Source of the DNA: an uncultured bacterium
GTDB taxonomy: Bacteria > Cyanobacteriota > Vampirovibrionia > Gastranaerophilales > Gastranaerophilaceae
Length of the DNA stretch: 64,000 nucleotides
NCBI GenBank assembly: GCA_902796305.1
Contig: CADBOJ010000072.1
Location: forward strand, 3,682 to 67,681
Direction of reading: 5' to 3'
How positions within the stretch are numbered: the stretch's first letter is position 1; every line of letters starts with the position of its first letter. The notes below the pieces were generated by a model. It saw only the letters and a program-made list of their open reading frames with translations. It was not told the DNA's origin and did not search any database. The translations under genes and the position numbers were made by a program. Positions 46,827-54,152 of the stretch are shown here, piece by piece.

Positions 46827-46835
46827 ATTATACCA
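46827..46835 (-). promoter_or_regulatory. extended -10 promoter element (TGGTATAAT) for the GT4/RgpF-like/RTX gene string
   Basis: Minus strand reads ...TTTTGGTATAATCTTGAG..., about 22 nt upstream of the AAGGAGA SD. The -35 element is unclear. Confidence 0.35.
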
Positions 46836-46861
46836 AAATCATAAAAAGAATACTTAAAAAA

Positions 46862-47707
46862 TTATTCCATATTTGATTCGTATTCAAGATTATACTCATC
46901 CGCAATTTCAGTTAAAGCTTCGTTAATAAGCCTAACCCCTAAAGGAGTAGCTATTGTGTTTTTTATTAATTCGTTATTTTGAATAATTACCTCATGCTGC
47001 TTATTGTATTCAGAATGACTCATGTCATAAAAAGATAACATTCTGCCAAGCTTTTCGTATGACTTTTCAGGATTATCCTCGTCATATACACCTATACTTT
47101 TCATTTGATTCAGTATTTCTTCATCGCTCTTATCATCAAAAGACATATGATTGAATGTTAAATATTTTTTATACATTTCTATTAATTCTTCTTTTTTTAC
47201 CGAATAATCTATGCCGAATTCATCTAAAAACTTGCGATATATTTTTGTTGATATATTTATTGCACTTGCCTCATCAATATATTGTGGGGTTTGGGGAGTT
47301 TTTGTCATTCTTGATATTCGACCGTTCGGTGCTATTGCTTCAACAGAACTTATATTACTAAAAAGCAAAGATGCAACATCTTCTGGAGATAACGGCACTT
47401 CTGTCGGATGACCATGGATAATCATATAACCTTTTTTAAGCGCTTCAGTATCAAATACGCATTTATTTTCATCGCCTTGAACTTCTTCTAACACCTCACC
47501 GTCTTCTGAAAAGATAAAGCCGTATTCCCTGCCGTCATCATTCACATGTTCTAAAGTTTTTTGTCTTGCAAGCTCTTTTGCTTCTTCAAACTTGGTTTTA
47601 TTTGATTTAACAAATACATCCGATTTTAGTTCAAGCGGACGAGCACTTTTAAAACTTAATTTTTTTATATTTTGTACATTTGGATTAAAATTAACTGAAT
47701 TTATCAT
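46862..47707 (-). CDS. hypothetical protein with JAB/MPN-like metalloprotease motif
   Basis: 281 aa. E61-YGFIF ... IIH98GH100PTEVPLS107PED110 resembles E...HxHx7SxxD with a spacer one residue shorter. The helical C-terminal half is unrecognised. Confidence 0.5.
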   Translation of the reverse strand: MINSVNFNPNVQNIKKLSFKSARPLELKSDVFVKSNKTKFEEAKELARQKTLEHVNDDGREYGFIFSEDGEVLEEVQGDENKCVFDTEALKKGYMIIHGHPTEVPLSPEDVASLLFSNISSVEAIAPNGRISRMTKTPQTPQYIDEASAINISTKIYRKFLDEFGIDYSVKKEELIEMYKKYLTFNHMSFDDKSDEEILNQMKSIGVYDEDNPEKSYEKLGRMLSFYDMSHSEYNKQHEVIIQNNELIKNTIATPLGVRLINEALTEIADEYNLEYESNME

Positions 47708-47836
47708 AAAATCACCTTTTGCTTTTTATAAGTTAAGTGATTGTTAATAATTGACAAAAAAGATTACTTTCTTAAAAAAATTTAATAAAATAAATATTGA
47801 TATAGTTATTATTAGCAATCAGTATGGAATAATTTT

Positions 47837-48298
47837 ATGATTAAAGTTCTATTTGTATGTTTGGGAAATATTTGCAGATCTCCAATGGCGCAGTTTGTGT
47901 TTAAACAAATGGCAGAAGACAGAGGTTTATCCGGTTATTTTGAAATTGATTCGGCAGGAACAGAAAGCTATAATGAAATACACCATGCCGGTATTCATTA
48001 CGGCACACGTGAAATATTAAAAGAAAAAAATGTTCCGTTTGAGGAGCATTATTCCCGCCGTATCAGAACAAATGATTACGAATATTATGATTATATTATA
48101 GCGATGGATGACAGCAATATTGAAGATATACAATCCCTAACGGGTCTGGATACCGAACATAAAATATATCGCTTATTGGATTTTACAAGCCACCCCCGCA
48201 ATATCAAAGATCCGTGGTATACGGGTAACTTTGAAGAATGCTATGAGGATATTGTTGAGGGATGCAGTGCTTTTCTGGATTTTTTAAAAAAATCGTAA
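47837..48298 (+). CDS. low-molecular-weight protein-tyrosine phosphatase
   Basis: 153 aa. P-loop VLFVCLGNICRSP (CX5R-S) and DP-loop IKDPWY. Confidence 0.9.
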   Translation: MIKVLFVCLGNICRSPMAQFVFKQMAEDRGLSGYFEIDSAGTESYNEIHHAGIHYGTREILKEKNVPFEEHYSRRIRTNDYEYYDYIIAMDDSNIEDIQSLTGLDTEHKIYRLLDFTSHPRNIKDPWYTGNFEECYEDIVEGCSAFLDFLKKS

Positions 48299-48329
48299 GA
48301 TATAAAACCCCATAGTGCGGAATTAATAA

Positions 48330-48360
48330 TGAATCAAGCATAAAAATTATGCTTGATTCA
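48330..48360. terminator. 14-bp perfect inverted repeat spanning the stop codon of the 708-aa gene
   Basis: TGAATCAAGCATAA-AAA-TTATGCTTGATTCA. One arm encodes the last residues MNQA* of the minus-strand gene. It lies between convergent genes. Confidence 0.5.
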
Positions 48361-50473
48361 TGTATAATGTTACCAAATCTTGTATTCTATTTTCATTGTT
48401 GCCGTTTAACACATCAACAACAGAATCACCGCCAAGAAAAGCTGTTACTTGTGCTTTTATATTATTTAATTTATCAATTGTAGCGCTATCTGTTGCTTTA
48501 ACAGTTCCCCCCGCACTAATTGTTTCTATGGCTCCATTGCCAAAAAGAGTACTGCTATAACTACCTGAACCGTTATCTTGGTAAAAATCTTCTACTTGAA
48601 CATAGCTTCTTGATTTAGTATCAAAAATAATCAATGAATTATTGTTGTAATTTGACATAAGTACAACATTTTTCTTACTTAAACCTGATACTGTAAGCTT
48701 ATCTTTTGCTCCGCCTTTATCACGTATTGTAACTGCAGTATTTTGTGCAAATTTAATATTATATACATCGGAAGAACCAATCTCTGCACTAACACTGCCT
48801 TCATCCAAAAGATACACATTTTTGCAGGAAGTTATGTTATATGTATCTTTACGGTTGCCGTTACTTGAGTGAATTTTTATGTTTTCAGATTGTTTTATAT
48901 TATAAGTATTTGAGCCACCTGATTCCGAAATTGTCCAGTTATCTGAAGCAAGGTATGTTGCCCAAGCAGTATCAGACCCTTTAACATAATTAAAGTTAAA
49001 CACATCATTATGATTATCGTCTACATGTGCTGCTTCATCGGTAATTTTAACATTTGTGGCAAAAGTTGTTGTTTTTGTTTTTCTGTCATAAAGTCCCGAT
49101 ATTATATATGTATCTTTTCCTGTTTTATCTGTAATATCTATATCGGAAGTATTGGTAAATGCGTATCTTACATTTCCGTGCTTATTTGTAATGTTTATAG
49201 CATTACTGTTGCTTACGGTCATTATATCGTTACCGTTGATGCCGTCAGCATCGGAATCAACTATTGTTGCATTGTGCACGTTAGTTAGTCTATACGCTTC
49301 TCTTCCGCCACGGTCATCTATATTTACATTTGTTGCATTTGTAATTGTATAATTGTCATTTTCGGAATGTTTGTCGAGGATTTTAAGTTTTGTTGTTATA
49401 TAGCTCATCGTGTAATTATCTCTACCTTCGCTATCATCTATATCAACATTATCGCAGTCGTAAAATGTATATCTATCCCCGCCTTGTTGATCATTTATAT
49501 TAACATTAGAACATGAAGTAACGGTATATCTGTCATTTCCTCTTGCATGTCTATAACCGTTTTCCGAATCGGCGATTGTAACGGTATCGGAGTTTGTTAT
49601 CGTATATGAATCATTTCCGTTACTGTCGGCAATTCGAAAATGATGGGATTCATTGGCAATATATTTATCATTACCATTTCTCTCTTCTAAGTACATATAA
49701 GTCGTATTATTAAGGTTATATCTGTCATTGCCAAATAAATCATGCGTTTTACATTCTACACTGTTAGTTACCTTAACATTGTCAAATGTATATGAATCAT
49801 TTCCGGCATAATCACAAATCCAAAGGTCTGTTTTAAGACTGTCATCATCTACGCTATCCGCTGATTTAAGCTGGTCGCAATTTTTTATTACGTATTTATC
49901 ACTACCTTTGTAATCATCAACTTCTAACCCTCTGGAATTTGTTATTTCATAGTAATCGTTTCCAAGCTCATCAATTACATGTACGGGTGCGGTATTCGGA
50001 GAAAGCCCGTTTACATAATATTTATCCGAACCTGCAATGTCACGAATTTCTGTTTTATCTTTTGAATTTGAAATGTTATATATTGTAGCTCCGACATTAG
50101 AGAAAATATTTTCAGCAGACGCTGAATCGGTAAAAGTCTTTTTAACATAGCTATATGCATTTGAATTTGCATCTGTATAAACACTTGCGCTGTTAACACA
50201 AACCAGATTGTTATTTACGCCGCAGTACAAATAATAATCTTTAATTCTTGTAACAGATAATTTATAGTTCGTATAGTCTCCAAATTTAATAAAAATCAAC
50301 AGATCGTTATTATCTTTAATATAAGTTAGATCTTCTCCTCCGAGATTACTAAAATTTAAAGTTGACACACCTGCATAAGCTTCGTTTGCAAAAACATAAT
50401 TCGTATCTGCCGTTTTTGAATTAATTTCATATGTATAATTATCCGCTTTTTTAATTTTCACTGTCCTAGCCAT
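48347..50473 (-). CDS. large secreted/surface repeat protein with 19-20-residue GND-type (RTX-like) repeats
   Basis: 708 aa, SD AAAGGGGA. About 18-20 units such as IADSNGNDSYTITNSDTVT / INDQQGGDRYTFYDCDNVD / ILDKHSENDNYTITNATNVN. HCBP-related-like modules at the N-terminus (LTYIKDNNDLLIFIKFGD) and C-terminus (NNSLIIFDTKSRSYVQVEDFY). Confidence 0.8.
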   Translation of the reverse strand: MARTVKIKKADNYTYEINSKTADTNYVFANEAYAGVSTLNFSNLGGEDLTYIKDNNDLLIFIKFGDYTNYKLSVTRIKDYYLYCGVNNNLVCVNSASVYTDANSNAYSYVKKTFTDSASAENIFSNVGATIYNISNSKDKTEIRDIAGSDKYYVNGLSPNTAPVHVIDELGNDYYEITNSRGLEVDDYKGSDKYVIKNCDQLKSADSVDDDSLKTDLWICDYAGNDSYTFDNVKVTNSVECKTHDLFGNDRYNLNNTTYMYLEERNGNDKYIANESHHFRIADSNGNDSYTITNSDTVTIADSENGYRHARGNDRYTVTSCSNVNINDQQGGDRYTFYDCDNVDIDDSEGRDNYTMSYITTKLKILDKHSENDNYTITNATNVNIDDRGGREAYRLTNVHNATIVDSDADGINGNDIMTVSNSNAINITNKHGNVRYAFTNTSDIDITDKTGKDTYIISGLYDRKTKTTTFATNVKITDEAAHVDDNHNDVFNFNYVKGSDTAWATYLASDNWTISESGGSNTYNIKQSENIKIHSSNGNRKDTYNITSCKNVYLLDEGSVSAEIGSSDVYNIKFAQNTAVTIRDKGGAKDKLTVSGLSKKNVVLMSNYNNNSLIIFDTKSRSYVQVEDFYQDNGSGSYSSTLFGNGAIETISAGGTVKATDSATIDKLNNIKAQVTAFLGGDSVVDVLNGNNENRIQDLVTLYMNQA
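49066..49981 (-). repeat. array of 57-60-nt coding repeats (19-20-aa units)
   Basis: Periodic G-N/G-D-x-Y-T/N...N-V/I-x-I pattern across roughly residues 165-470 of the 708-aa protein. Confidence 0.7.
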
Positions 50474-50648
50474 AAAAATCCCCTTTAACTGTTTTTACAA
50501 ATGTCATAACACCTTGTGAGAAATTCTAACATACATATATTGTTTATGGTATAAATTTTTAAGAAATATATAGTTAAGGTTTTATCTGAAAAACCGTTAT
50601 CATAATGTTGAAAATATAGTATAATTTAAAAAAAAGAGAAGTTTACAA

Positions 50649-51218
50649 ATGAAAATACTTCATACACTGCTTATGATATTGCTGTTGCAAACTGTTGTTT
50701 TTGCACAAATTGTACCCGATACGATTTATGCCATAACTCCTGTTACGCTTACGGATACAAATCTTAAACGTAATACCGTTATTGAATTATCCGTGATAAA
50801 AACGGGAAAATTGACAAAAAATATTAATTTAGAACACGATGAAAAAATAGAAATTAAAATTTTGGATTATATATTGCCAAAGCGCGGAAAAAGAAACGGA
50901 TATTATAATGTATTGTATGAAGGCGAGGAAAGTGCAAAAGGTACAATGCGGGTTTCGACCCCGACGGATATAAAAAAATTGGCAGGAAATGTCGGATTGA
51001 CCACGGCAGGTATTTTGCTTTGCGTACCGGGACTATCGCAGGTTGTTGCGGCAGGAAAGGGTCTTGTAAAACCCAATGAAAATCAGACCAGAATGCAATC
51101 CGTCGGATATAATGTATACAAAAGCACCCCTCTTGCATACACAGAAAAAGGTGTTGATTTTTTAGCACCAGAAAACAGCGTTGTTGTTATAAGATTAAAA
51201 CCCCTGAATGCGGACTAA
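50649..51218 (+). CDS. secreted hypothetical protein (architecture similar to 14841-15536)
   Basis: 189 aa. Signal peptide, beta-rich domain, G/A-rich hydrophobic segment (LAGNVGLTTAGILLCVPGLSQVVAAGKG), short C-terminal beta segment. Confidence 0.5.
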   Translation: MKILHTLLMILLLQTVVFAQIVPDTIYAITPVTLTDTNLKRNTVIELSVIKTGKLTKNINLEHDEKIEIKILDYILPKRGKRNGYYNVLYEGEESAKGTMRVSTPTDIKKLAGNVGLTTAGILLCVPGLSQVVAAGKGLVKPNENQTRMQSVGYNVYKSTPLAYTEKGVDFLAPENSVVVIRLKPLNAD

Positions 51219-51358
51219 AAACAGTAAACCATTGAATTTATCAGTAAAATTGACTGTTTTTTTATGCTGTTCTATGGAATTTTGGCTGTTTTAATGCGGT
51301 TTTTAATAATATAATTATGAGCAAGACCACCCGAAAGACGATGAGAGTAAATTTACAT

Positions 51359-51994
51359 TTAAAAATTCAGCACCTCTTCATAATTTTCTATCCTAAAAAA
51401 TAAATTATGGCGTGCATTTTCTATAATATTCAGTTTTTTACCGAAAAATTCTTTTTGAGCCGAAACATTAAATATCGGGTCATCTTCTCCGATTAATGCT
51501 TTATCAAAAATATCTTTTATATTTTGCTTATTGTTTTGATAAATTTCTTTTAAAGCATTAAATTCCTCCCTGCAACTATTAACAGTTCTTTTTGAATGAT
51601 GAAATTTTTTCCATTCCTCACTTGTTTTAATTAAATAATTTTTTGCAAAATCGTCTGCGCTTTCTTCCGTTATATTATATAAAACTTCTTGAATTTTACC
51701 GGATAAACCTAAATGCTCATCAAAAAGATACGGATTTCCGCTTAGTGCAATTTTTTTATCAATTTTAAAATCAAATTCAAAAATTGAAGAAACAAATACA
51801 CCTGCAGAAAAAGCGATTAAATTAAAGGTTTTATATTTTGAAAAATCAAAATCCAGTTTTAAATCGGAATAATCATACAAAAGTAAGACATCAGAACTTG
51901 CTTTCAAATGCTCAAACTCATATTCGTCACAGCCCCAGCCCGTGAAGAATATTAAAAGGTTATCGGAATTTTTATCAATTAAATATTTTTTCAT
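51359..51994 (-). CDS. bioG: BioG-type pimeloyl-ACP methyl ester esterase (DUF452)
   Basis: 211 aa. LLIFFTGWG, DVLLLYDYSDLKLDFDFSKY and nucleophile elbow LIAFSAGVFV match my recollection of Haemophilus BioG. Confidence 0.65.
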   Translation of the reverse strand: MKKYLIDKNSDNLLIFFTGWGCDEYEFEHLKASSDVLLLYDYSDLKLDFDFSKYKTFNLIAFSAGVFVSSIFEFDFKIDKKIALSGNPYLFDEHLGLSGKIQEVLYNITEESADDFAKNYLIKTSEEWKKFHHSKRTVNSCREEFNALKEIYQNNKQNIKDIFDKALIGEDDPIFNVSAQKEFFGKKLNIIENARHNLFFRIENYEEVLNF

Positions 51995-52006
51995 AGTGCA
52001 ACTTTC

Positions 52007-52684
52007 CTATTCAACATCAAAATCAAAATAAGTATCAGGGTAAGGCTCGTTATCAAGGGTAAAATGCCACCATTCGGAATCAATTCCCTTAAAACCGGCT
52101 TTAATCATAGCATTATGGAGAATTTTTCTGTTATTTTTTTGTTTTCTGGTTAACTTTTTGTAATCAGGATGTGATATTTCGCTGAATAAGTCGAACACTC
52201 CGCCCATATCAACGAATGAGCCGTCTTTTTTAATTAAAGTTAAATCAACGGTTGAACCTCTTGTGTGTCCCGATTTTTCGGCAATATAATTACCTTTGAT
52301 TAAATCCGATTTTTCTAAATCGGGAAAGAATGCTTTATCTCCCGCATCATTCGGGTTGTTAATCCATTCTACGAAATTATCAACAGCTTTTTGAGGTCTG
52401 TATGTATCCCAGATTAACAATCTATAACCCTGTTTTCTTAAATCCTCTGCCGCTGTTTTAAGAGCATTTAATGATTCTTTTGTCATATATGCAACAGGGG
52501 CTTTGTATCCTTTTATTTTGTTGCCCGTAAAATTATTTGAAGAAAAATATCGTATATCATAAACGGCATCATCAATAACGCTTGAAACAGGTGCAAAATC
52601 AGTTTTGTCGTATGAAATTTCGGATGCAAAAACGGTTTGTATGAATCCAAAGGCTATAATTGCGGTTAAAATTATTTTTTTCAT
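52007..52684 (-). CDS. D-alanyl-D-alanine dipeptidase (VanX/DdpX, peptidase M15D) with signal peptide
   Basis: 225 aa. YDIRYFSSNNFTG, LLIWDTYRP, SGHTRGSTVDLTL and EWWHFTL. Confidence 0.85.
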   Translation of the reverse strand: MKKIILTAIIAFGFIQTVFASEISYDKTDFAPVSSVIDDAVYDIRYFSSNNFTGNKIKGYKAPVAYMTKESLNALKTAAEDLRKQGYRLLIWDTYRPQKAVDNFVEWINNPNDAGDKAFFPDLEKSDLIKGNYIAEKSGHTRGSTVDLTLIKKDGSFVDMGGVFDLFSEISHPDYKKLTRKQKNNRKILHNAMIKAGFKGIDSEWWHFTLDNEPYPDTYFDFDVE

Positions 52685-52689
52685 TTTAT

Positions 52690-53631
52690 TTATTCCTTAT
52701 TTTGCCAATGTTTATATATTTGGGCAAGAATTGCTCCCGAAATGTTGTGCCAAACGGAAAATATTGCTCCGGGTACCGCAGCTTCCGGTATTAAAGGAAA
52801 TGCAGTATTTGCAAGACTTGTTGCAAGACCGGAATTTTGCATTCCGATTTCTATTGAAAAAGCTTTTGTTTTTTCGACATTCAATCTTAAGATTTTTCCC
52901 GTTAAAAATCCGAATAAATATCCTGAAATATTATGAAGTATAACAATTATAAGTATTATAATTCCTGCGGAAAAAATTTTTTCAGCATTATGCGATACAA
53001 CGGAAGCTACTATAATACATATAGATATAACGGAAATTGAGGGCAGTACTTTTATAATTTTTTTGGTGAAATTACCGAAAAATTTATTTATTATTATTCC
53101 GAGAATGATAGGGATAAGAATAACATTTATAATCCCTATAAACATTGCCGAAATATTTGTTTCAACAGTGGTTTTCAGTATCATATAAGTAATAAGAGGA
53201 GTTAAAATCGGAGCAAGCAGAGTATTTACGCTTGTCATACATACGGATAGTGCAATATCTCCTTTTGAAAGATATGTTATAACATTGCTTGCAGTTCCTC
53301 CGGGGCATGTTCCTACAAGAACAACACCCGCAGTTAAAGCCGAATCTAAATGAAATAAACTGCTTAAACCTATGGCAATGGCGGGCATGATTGTATACTG
53401 GGCAATACTTCCTGCTATAATTTCCTTGGGATGAGAAAATATTAAAACAAAATCCTTTGATTTTAGGGTTAAACCCATCCCAAACATAATAACCATTAAT
53501 AAATAATTGATATATGATGTTTTAATAAATAAAAAATAATTCGGAAAAAATAAAGAACAAAATGCAACAATAAGTATTATTAATGCCATATATTTTCCGA
53601 TAAATTCGGGTATTTTGTTCAATTTATCCAT
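52690..53631 (-). CDS. bile acid:sodium symporter (BASS) family transporter
   Basis: 313 aa, about 9-10 TM. GSIAQYTIMP, CPGGTASNV and GMQNSGLA motifs. Confidence 0.85.
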   Translation of the reverse strand: MDKLNKIPEFIGKYMALIILIVAFCSLFFPNYFLFIKTSYINYLLMVIMFGMGLTLKSKDFVLIFSHPKEIIAGSIAQYTIMPAIAIGLSSLFHLDSALTAGVVLVGTCPGGTASNVITYLSKGDIALSVCMTSVNTLLAPILTPLITYMILKTTVETNISAMFIGIINVILIPIILGIIINKFFGNFTKKIIKVLPSISVISICIIVASVVSHNAEKIFSAGIIILIIVILHNISGYLFGFLTGKILRLNVEKTKAFSIEIGMQNSGLATSLANTAFPLIPEAAVPGAIFSVWHNISGAILAQIYKHWQNKE

Positions 53632-53826
53632 TTATGTTAAGTATAAAAACTAATGAATACCATGTCAAGAAATAGTGTTATCAATGATTATAATAAAGCT
53701 TAATTTGTATTGAAGCAAATTTTGTTCAAGAGTATAGATAATGAAATCTATTATTTTCAGATTTTATCGAGGCAATAAGCATATAGAATGTGGAAAATTC
53801 AAATATTATTTTACTAAGGCAAAAAA

Positions 53827-53969
53827 TGTCTACGGGGGGACTTGTCTTGCTCGTTCGCATTAAACGGGCTCAACAAAAAACTCAACGTTTTTCGTTTCCG
53901 CCCTCTGCTCACTCGCGCTGAACCCCCGAACAAGGCTAAAGCCTTGTGGGGCTTAAAGTCCCAATTGAC
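53827..53969 (-). other. GC-rich tRNA-like element (possible tRNA pseudogene with ~75-nt insertion in the T-loop)
   Basis: The 3' end AAGTCCCCCC-GTAGAC-A-TTTTTT copies the neighbouring tRNA-Leu 3' end and trailer (27/30 identical). The 5' part is GTCAATT-GG..., followed by hairpin CAAGG-CTTTAG-CCTTG and then GGGGG-TTCA. The T-stem halves are about 83 nt apart. Confidence 0.4.
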
Positions 53970-53992
53970 ATTTATTTTATTAAGGTAAAAAA

Positions 53993-54073
53993 TGTCGATG
54001 GGGGGACTTGAACCCCCACGGATTTCTCCACATGCTCCTGAAACATGCGTGTCTACCATTTCACCACATCGAC
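53993..54073 (-). tRNA. tRNA-Leu (anticodon CAG), type II with long variable arm; no encoded CCA
   Basis: GTCGATG-TG-GTGAAATGGTAGACAC-G-CATGT-TTCAGGA-GCATG-TGGAGAAATCCGT-GGGGG-TTCAAGT-CCCCC-CATCGAC-A. Perfect 7-bp acceptor stem and a canonical T-loop. Confidence 0.9.
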
Positions 54074-54152
54074 TCATTGAAGTTAAAATCATTTTACAAC
54101 AACCGTCGAATATTATGCAATATTATTTGAATTTTTATGATAAACTTAACCT

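Noticed and set aside
53827-53969. Identification of the GC-rich element as tmRNA, SRP RNA (ffs), 6S RNA or a riboswitch
   Set aside because: It is too short and lacks pseudoknots or a tag ORF ending in -AA, which rules against tmRNA. It has no GGAA-tetraloop/AGCAGC helix-8 signature as in SRP RNA. The downstream gene is about 190 nt away with no expression platform. The only clear similarity is to the neighbouring tRNA.
40993-53992. Genomic island integrated at the 3' end of tRNA-Leu, with the duplicated tRNA 3' segment serving as att repeats
   Set aside because: The two copies are only 166 nt apart and the similarity extends into the non-tRNA trailer, which indicates tandem duplication. 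No integrase, excisionase or other mobility gene is present in the 13 kb downstream.
53814-54092. 92-aa minus-strand ORF and 69-aa + strand ORF
   Set aside because: They run through tRNA-Leu and the GC-rich tRNA-like element. The open frames are a by-product of the locally high GC content.
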